The notes beneath the pieces were generated by a model, which worked only from the letters and a program-made list of their open reading frames with translations, was not told the DNA's origin and ran no database searches. The position numbers and the translations under genes were made by a program. 64,000 nucleotides of DNA, from positions 33,005 through 97,004 of the forward strand of contig JAVZCB010000005.1 of assembly GCA_038874595.1 (NCBI GenBank). The letters are read 5' to 3'. Positions 58,357-64,000 of the stretch are shown here, piece after piece. Each line of letters starts with the position of its first letter. The first letter of the stretch is position 1. Source of the DNA: Candidatus Micrarchaeia archaeon (GTDB taxonomy: Archaea; Micrarchaeota; Micrarchaeia; CAILAH01).

Positions 58357-60390
58357 ATGAGTGGGGATGATGGGCTGGTTGCAGAGCTTGAAGAGTTCTT
58401 ATCAACAGTATATGCCCCTGCAATTGCACTGCTCAAGAAAGAATTCCCAAAGAGGAGAAGCTTATTGGTTGATTTTGTTGAGTTAGAGAAATGGAATACG
58501 GATATTGCAGACTTGCTGCTTAACCAACCCGATAAAGTTATACCTGCTGCAAAGGAAGCTCTTGGGTTATGTGGAGTAGTAAAAACATACGATTACGAGC
58601 CGCACGTGCGGTTTGTAAACCTGCCGGACATGGGCCTGCTCGTACAGGATATTGGTGCGGCACACATAGACAAGCTCATACGTGTTGAAGGAGTGGTGAC
58701 AAAGAGGGCGGAAACCAAGCCAAAAGTGAAGATGGCAATGTATAAGTGCTCAAACTGTGGCGCCACTTACAAGATTGAGATTACAAAGGGCACAAAACCG
58801 ATGACGTTGTGTGATGTGTGCAAGAAGAAGATTGATTTTTCAGAGGAGGAATCATACTTTGTTGATGTCCAGCGCGCTGATATGCAGGAGCTCCTTGAGA
58901 GGTTGAAGGGGGGCGCACCGGCAAGCAACATTGAGCTGATGGTTGAGGATGACTTGGTTAATACGTATAACCCAGGAGATAACCTGATAATCAACGGTAT
59001 ACTTAGGATACGCCCGCAGCTGCAGAAAGGCAGGTCAGAGAATATTTACCTGAAATACATTGATGTGGTGTCCATTGAGAAGATGCAGAAGGATTTTGAG
59101 CAGCTTGAAATAACCGAGGAGGAAGAGGAGAAAATCAAGGAAATGGGGAAAGACCCTGATATAATAAGAAAGATTGCAAACTCGATTGCGCCGGGCATAT
59201 ACGGGCACGAGAAGATTAAGGAAGCAATATGCTTACAGCTATTCGGCGGGACTAGGAATAAGGCACTGCCTGGTGGTGCACCGGTAAGGAATGATATCCA
59301 CCTCTTGCTTATAGGTGACCCTGGTGCAGCAAAATCAAGGATACTTCAATATGTAACTGATGTTGCGCCTAAGAGTGTTTACGTGAGCGGCAAATCTGTG
59401 AGCGGTGTCGGGCTGACTGCAAGCGCTGAAAAGGATGAGCTCGGTGACGGCGGCTGGGTGCTTAAGGCAGGGGCGCTCGTGCTTGCCTCGGGCGGGATTG
59501 CTGCGATTGATGAGTTTGATAAGATTGATGATAAGGAGAGGGCTGCACTGCACGAGGCAATGGAAATGCAGTCTGTAAGCGTTGCAAAGGCCGGGATTGT
59601 TGCAAGATTTAAAACTAAGACTGCGATTATCGCAGCTGCAAACCCCAAATATGGCCGGTTTAACCCGAACCAGTACCCTGCAGACCAGTTTGATATCCCA
59701 CCAACACTGCTGAGCAGGTTTGACCTGATTTTTCCGATATATGATGTGCTTGATGAGGAGAAGGACAGGGAGCTTGCAAAGCATATCCTTGAGCCGCATG
59801 CTGGCATTAAAAGCGAGGGTGCACAAAAGATACAGGAGCAGACAATAGAAAAGAACCTGCTCAGGAAATACATTGCATACGCGCGCAAGAACATTTCACC
59901 AACCCTTACACGGGAGGCGATGGATAGGATTTCTGAATATTATGTCGAGATGAGAAAGCTTGGAAGGAAGGAGGGCACCGTGCCAGTGACACCAAGGCAG
60001 ATTGAGGGGCTTATCAGGCTGAGCGAGGCGACTGCAAAGGCACGCCTCAGCAATACTGTTGAAAAAGAGGATGCTGAAAGGGCAATCAAGCTGTTTGATT
60101 ATTCTTTAAAGCAAATCGCAATGGATGCGGCCACCGGCAAGCTTGACATTGATATTATTGCAACCGGGCAGCCGAAAGCAAGGACGGAGAGGTTTGCACT
60201 TATCCTTAACATAATCAAGGACCTGTCATCAAAATACGATATGATAGATATCAATGAGATCAAGAGCACGGCGCGCGAATTTAACATTGATGAAGCAGAA
60301 TCTTCGAGGATAATTGAACAATTACTTGATAAGGGCGAGATATACAAGCCTAAGCACGGGTTCATCAAGCTGCTTGATAAAAGAGGTTAG
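58357..60390 (+). CDS. mcm: Replicative helicase MCM
   Basis: Zinc finger, SIAPGIYGH, GDPG.AKS, GLTA, IDEFDK, AAANP, LLSRFDL and TPRQ.EGLIRL motifs; no intein. Confidence 0.97.
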   Translation: MSGDDGLVAELEEFLSTVYAPAIALLKKEFPKRRSLLVDFVELEKWNTDIADLLLNQPDKVIPAAKEALGLCGVVKTYDYEPHVRFVNLPDMGLLVQDIGAAHIDKLIRVEGVVTKRAETKPKVKMAMYKCSNCGATYKIEITKGTKPMTLCDVCKKKIDFSEEESYFVDVQRADMQELLERLKGGAPASNIELMVEDDLVNTYNPGDNLIINGILRIRPQLQKGRSENIYLKYIDVVSIEKMQKDFEQLEITEEEEEKIKEMGKDPDIIRKIANSIAPGIYGHEKIKEAICLQLFGGTRNKALPGGAPVRNDIHLLLIGDPGAAKSRILQYVTDVAPKSVYVSGKSVSGVGLTASAEKDELGDGGWVLKAGALVLASGGIAAIDEFDKIDDKERAALHEAMEMQSVSVAKAGIVARFKTKTAIIAAANPKYGRFNPNQYPADQFDIPPTLLSRFDLIFPIYDVLDEEKDRELAKHILEPHAGIKSEGAQKIQEQTIEKNLLRKYIAYARKNISPTLTREAMDRISEYYVEMRKLGRKEGTVPVTPRQIEGLIRLSEATAKARLSNTVEKEDAERAIKLFDYSLKQIAMDAATGKLDIDIIATGQPKARTERFALILNIIKDLSSKYDMIDINEIKSTAREFNIDEAESSRIIEQLLDKGEIYKPKHGFIKLLDKRG

Positions 60391-60625
60391 ATAAATTTTG
60401 CAGATGAATACACACCAGCAATGTAGAAATCCTGCCCAAAAAAGCAACAAACACGATAGCGCTTGTGCGCTGCTGATTCACACCACAAGCTCTAAAAAAC
60501 ACTGCCAATTGTCTTTGTGATTCTGTGTGTGGTTTTGTGGTTGTACGGTGAGATGTTCTGCTAGGCTATGCACGCAGACTGCTATTATAGACACTAATAA
60601 AAAACATCGCCCGCTAATTAGTGTG

Positions 60626-61507
60626 ATGAGAACTGTTCTGAAACTCCTGCTGCTGTTTATTCTTGCACAGGTGCTCGGGCTTATTGTGATGAATGCGTTT
60701 GTTGCAGGTGGTCTGGCGCGGCAAATATCGGTTGGGGAGTTCTCACTCGAGGATATATTCTTCCTTATAATAGGGCTTGCGTTCACCGTGCTACTCGTGC
60801 TTGCGCTCCTGAAATTCTACACTGGCAACCTGCTATATCAAATTATGGAATTTGTTGTTGTTGCGGCGGCATCGTTCGTCGTGTTTTACGGAATAGGTTA
60901 TTATGTTGGGTTTGGGGAGATTGAGGCGGTTTTGCTTGCACTTGCGCTTTCTGCACTTAAACAGCTGGTGCCACATATGAAGAATACTGCCGCGGTTGTA
61001 TCTAGCGCAGGTGTGGCCGCAATGTTTGCAATGTTCCTCTCATTCTGGGAAGCTGTGGTATTTTTGGTTGTTATGAGCGCATATGATTATGTAGCGGTGT
61101 TTATCACGCGCCATATGATAACGCTTGCTTCTGAATTTGGGAGGAGAGAAATGTCTTTTTCAATCACGTCGCAGGATAAGATAAAGGAGAGGGTGCTCGT
61201 ACAAAAGAAAGGAGGAGGCGTGCAAGAGAAAACTGTTGAGCGTGTGGAGCATCTTGAGCTCGGTACTGGTGATATTGCACTCCCCCTGGCATTTAATCTG
61301 GTTGTGTTTCGGGGGGTTGCACTAGTAAATACAGGTGCGGCTATAAGCACTTTCATCATAATTGGTGTATTCTCAGCTCTTGCGCTGGGTCTCGTGCTCG
61401 CTTACGTTAAAAAGAGAAGGCTGTTCTTGCCCGCTTTACCACCGATATTGCTTGGGACACTTATAGGATATATGCTTGCATATATAAGCGGGATTATTGT
61501 TGTGTAA
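60626..61507 (+). CDS. Presenilin/signal-peptide-peptidase-family intramembrane aspartyl protease
   Basis: AYDYVAVF.T.HM..LA, LGTGD and LPALP motifs; multiple transmembrane helices. Confidence 0.9.
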   Translation: MRTVLKLLLLFILAQVLGLIVMNAFVAGGLARQISVGEFSLEDIFFLIIGLAFTVLLVLALLKFYTGNLLYQIMEFVVVAAASFVVFYGIGYYVGFGEIEAVLLALALSALKQLVPHMKNTAAVVSSAGVAAMFAMFLSFWEAVVFLVVMSAYDYVAVFITRHMITLASEFGRREMSFSITSQDKIKERVLVQKKGGGVQEKTVERVEHLELGTGDIALPLAFNLVVFRGVALVNTGAAISTFIIIGVFSALALGLVLAYVKKRRLFLPALPPILLGTLIGYMLAYISGIIVV

Positions 61508-61569
61508 AGCCGTGCGCACGATGCAATACAAAACAACAAATGAAACAAATAAAAAAGGCAAGGAAGGAA

Positions 61570-61986
61570 TTACCCGCGTGTTGTTGCAGATGCGCCGCCT
61601 TTTGATGTTATCTCTATCCTTGGCGGGACAAGTGGCGGTGCCAAGTTCACTGCACGTGCAACGAACACACCGTTCACGCCTGAGCTGAAGTTAATCAGGT
61701 TCAGCAGCGGCTGTGCAATGTCATCAGGAAGCTTCTTCTCCATCCTCCAGCCGTTCTCAATGGCCTTTGCACCTGCTGTTGTATCTTTGGCATAGACCGT
61801 GCCGCTCACTTTCAGGTAGCCAACATCTTCTGCATAGGTGACACTGTACGTGAAATCCATAACTATATCATCACCGACTGCTTTCACGTCATCTATGTTA
61901 ATGTTTATGTTCAGGCCACTTATCAAAGAGTCCTTCTCGCGTTTCGCCTCAACATAATTCAATTTTACTCCCCTAAACTCTACCAT
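61570..61986 (-). CDS. Conserved archaeal hypothetical protein (possibly SecB-like fold)
   Basis: Beta strands, then helix and NLAPPLVPPRI tail. The fold call rests on pattern resemblance only. Confidence 0.6.
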   Translation of the reverse strand: MVEFRGVKLNYVEAKREKDSLISGLNININIDDVKAVGDDIVMDFTYSVTYAEDVGYLKVSGTVYAKDTTAGAKAIENGWRMEKKLPDDIAQPLLNLINFSSGVNGVFVARAVNLAPPLVPPRIEITSKGGASATTRG

Positions 61987-62023
61987 TCATACACCTCTGT
62001 TGAATAATTTATCTCACATATCT

Positions 62024-63307
62024 TTAAATATTCTGGTATCGGGTTATTTCAAAACCGCTCGTGCGCGAATACGACTCCTTTATATCCTTCTCCTTTAGCT
62101 CCACATAAAGGTGAAGCATCTCATCGCTAAAGACGCCTTTCAGGAAATCGTGGTCGCTTAACAGCGAACTGAGTGATTCTGCAAGAGAGCGCGGCGGCAT
62201 CAGCTCACGCTTGTCATCAAAGGATAGCTTCTTGTTTATGCCATCCTGCCCTGCGGCAATCACTGCTGCGTATGCAAGGTATGGGTTGGCTGTCGGGTCT
62301 GCAAGGCGGTATTCAACACGCTTATCACTCTCACCGTGGAGTGGGAAAGGTACCCTGTAAACCTTCCCCATACCTTTTAATTTCTCAACGTTTGTCAGGT
62401 CTTTGTAGGAAAGCGTTGATGGAAGCAGGAACGCGCTCAGTGCACGCATATGGTCTGCAATACCCGCAAGGAAATAGTGCCCTGTCTGGCTTAGCGGTTT
62501 GCCACTGTCCATATCAAGAAACACGTTCTCGCCGTCTTTCCACGCACTCACGTTTATGTGTAGCTCGTTCATCGGCTCGGAATCTGATATCTTAGGTGCA
62601 AATGTTGCCATCGCACCGACCAGCATTGCAGCATTCTTTGCGATGTGCTTTATGCTCATTACGTTATCAGCTGCTTTGAGGGCGGGTACCGGGCCAAGCG
62701 CTATCTCGTGCTGTAAGCGCCCCTTCTCGTGGTAAAGTGCAGAAACATCTATACCACACAGGTCTGCGTAGTCGCCCACTTGAAGGCGTATAGCACGCCC
62801 AACATCGGCGTTCATCGTCTCAAACCTGCGTGCTGCCTGCTGGAATTCACCATCGTACTGGCTCATTGCAAGCTCACGCGCATCAAAGTACGCGCCGTAA
62901 CTGAACTTTGAAGAATCCGTGACCATTGCATCAACTATGTAAAAGTCTATCTCGCTGCCTATTGAGTAGGATAGCTTCTGGTCTTTTGAAATGAGCTTGC
63001 TGAGCGCATTGCGCGGGTCGGCTGGCGATGTTGTAGATGCAATAAGGCGAACGGTGCTTGGCTCCCAGGGGATTACTGCAAACGTGTCCGGGTCTGGGAT
63101 GAGCGTTACACTATCACCTTCTGTATAGGATACAGACTTCCTATCAACCGAAAATATGCCTTCCTTAAACGAATCTGTATTAAGATGCCTTGCAGGTATT
63201 GTAACTGTCTTCAGGAACCCAAGAAAATCTGTGTACTGTATATCAACCCACCTATATCTGTCTGCATTAATGCGCTCCAAAACACTCTCAACAGTCTCGT
63301 CGGTCAT
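62024..63307 (-). CDS. Glutamine synthetase-like protein (divergent active site)
   Basis: VDIQYTDFLG, PDPDTFAVIPW, DPRNAL, HE....QHEI, FAPK and RVEYRLADPTANPYLA motifs; probable start at ATG 63307. Confidence 0.88.
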   Translation of the reverse strand: MTDETVESVLERINADRYRWVDIQYTDFLGFLKTVTIPARHLNTDSFKEGIFSVDRKSVSYTEGDSVTLIPDPDTFAVIPWEPSTVRLIASTTSPADPRNALSKLISKDQKLSYSIGSEIDFYIVDAMVTDSSKFSYGAYFDARELAMSQYDGEFQQAARRFETMNADVGRAIRLQVGDYADLCGIDVSALYHEKGRLQHEIALGPVPALKAADNVMSIKHIAKNAAMLVGAMATFAPKISDSEPMNELHINVSAWKDGENVFLDMDSGKPLSQTGHYFLAGIADHMRALSAFLLPSTLSYKDLTNVEKLKGMGKVYRVPFPLHGESDKRVEYRLADPTANPYLAYAAVIAAGQDGINKKLSFDDKRELMPPRSLAESLSSLLSDHDFLKGVFSDEMLHLYVELKEKDIKESYSRTSGFEITRYQNI

Positions 63308-63394
63308 CGTATACCACCTAACGCTAACTACTCTCCAGAATAATTTATATAATTTCATAATCCAACAAATACGCTGAACTGAGAGGTAGGCACA

Positions 63395-63583
63395 ATGATA
63401 AAGAGATGCGAAAGGTGCGGGGAGGAAACACATTTCCTTGAGAAATGCAATTTCTGCAGTAAGTATGTGTGCAGGAAATGCGTACACGCCGCAAGGAATA
63501 TTGAGAAGGTAAAACGCGTGGTAATCTGCAAAGGATGTTTCGGAGACGCAAGAAAAATGAAAGAATACGAGAATATGAGGTGA
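63395..63583 (+). CDS. Small Cys-rich zinc-finger protein (four CxxC)
   Basis: CERC, CNFC, CRKC and CKGC in 62 aa; GAGGT ribosome-binding-like motif upstream. Confidence 0.78.
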   Translation: MIKRCERCGEETHFLEKCNFCSKYVCRKCVHAARNIEKVKRVVICKGCFGDARKMKEYENMR

Positions 63584-63596
63584 TTCATGATAGTGT

Positions 63597-63794
63597 GGCC
63601 CTACAACTTCAGTTGCTGGGGTGGTTGGGCCAAGTAAACTGAAGGGTGTGCTGGGGCCCGCATCCTCGGGTTGCCGGGGTGGTAGGGCCAAGCAAACCGA
63701 AAGGTTTGCGGGCACCTTTTGCAGACGCAAAAGTGTGGGCGCCGGCTCCCTACATCTCTGGTTGCCGGGGTGGTAGGGGGCGCCGGCTCCCTAC
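63597..63794 (+). ncRNA. Putative structured RNA with repeated hairpins, abutting tRNA-Phe
   Basis: GC-rich; three copies of a hairpin with core GTTGC(C/T)GGGGTGGT(A/T)GGG; GAAA tetraloop hairpin. G-U pairs indicate the + strand. Confidence 0.6.
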
Positions 63795-63896
63795 GCCGCA
63801 GTAGCTCAGCCTGGGAGAGCACTCGGCTGAAGCCGTCATAAGTGTTATCCGATGGCAGAAACCGAGGGATCGTTGGTTCAAATCCGACCTGCGGCA
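63795..63896 (+). tRNA. tRNA-Phe(GAA) with 28-nt intron (63833-63860)
   Basis: Acceptor GCCGCAG/CTGCGGC-A; D-arm GCTC/GAGC; anticodon arm CTCGG-CT-GAA-G[intron]A-CCGAG; T-loop TTCAAAT. Confidence 0.95.
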
Positions 63897-64000
63897 TACT
63901 TCTTTTCTTTTTAGAAAAAAGAAAAGACCTATACTAGAAAAGAAAAACCTGATATGAAAAAGATATGAAATACTTCTTTTCTTTTTAGAAAAAAGAAAAG
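63896..64000. repeat. Duplicated palindromic T/A-rich element (period 74 nt), terminator-like
   Basis: ATACTTCTTTTCTTTTTAGAAAAAAGAAAAG at 63896 and 63970, with an 11-bp stem CTTTTCTTTTT/AAAAAGAAAAG. The second copy reaches the window edge. Confidence 0.85.

Noticed and set aside
10924-60390. Inteins in NrdJ, RFC, aIF5B, Lhr or MCM
   Set aside because: Protein lengths are normal, the usual insertion motifs are uninterrupted, and there are no intein end or LAGLIDADG signatures.
60391-60625. Small gene or RNA between mcm and the presenilin-like gene
   Set aside because: I could not support a convincing start with ribosome-binding site or a stable structure.
63636-63710. Hammerhead ribozyme (CTGAAG...GAAA)
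   Set aside because: The core would read CUGAAGG rather than CUGANGA, and the stems do not close properly. The apparent match comes from the repeated units.
63308-63730. 141-aa N-terminal extension of the GS-like ORF in the ORF track
   Set aside because: It overlaps the zinc-finger gene and the structured RNA on the opposite strand. GS similarity begins at ATG 63307, which has a GGTGG motif upstream.
63597-63794. Glutamine riboswitch for the GS-like gene, or SRP RNA
   Set aside because: G-U pairs and the GAAA loop point to the + strand, opposite to the GS-like gene, and an ORF lies between them. There is no SRP helix 8 motif.

Overview
This is an archaeal chromosomal segment. The informational genes are all archaeal: RFC-S/L, MCM, Hjc, aIF-1A, aIF-2beta, aIF-2gamma, aIF5B, TFE, Cbf5, pelota, ABCE1 and S6e. 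Dense packing, GGTG-type ribosome-binding sites, little biosynthesis and many surface proteins suggest a DPANN lineage, most likely Micrarchaeota-like (inference, not checked by phylogeny). The window holds about 60 protein genes, an RNase P RNA and two intron-containing tRNAs (Ala-CGC, Phe-GAA). I found no transposase, integrase, intein or cas gene. Most notable: (1) a GC-rich, three-times repeated, covarying hairpin RNA joined directly to the 5' end of tRNA-Phe, ending in two mutually exclusive pairings; (2) four separate short duplications with periods of 70-77 nt, all at gene 3' ends; (3) a glutamine-synthetase-fold protein whose glutamate pocket appears rewired; (4) an NlpC/P60 hydrolase, two ankyrin proteins and two lipoproteins with a shared unusual leader, together suggesting host-interaction machinery; (5) a class III adenylate cyclase abutting the ADP-forming acetate-CoA ligase genes; (6) a RibL-MazG fusion; (7) small ORFs missed by the ORF track.
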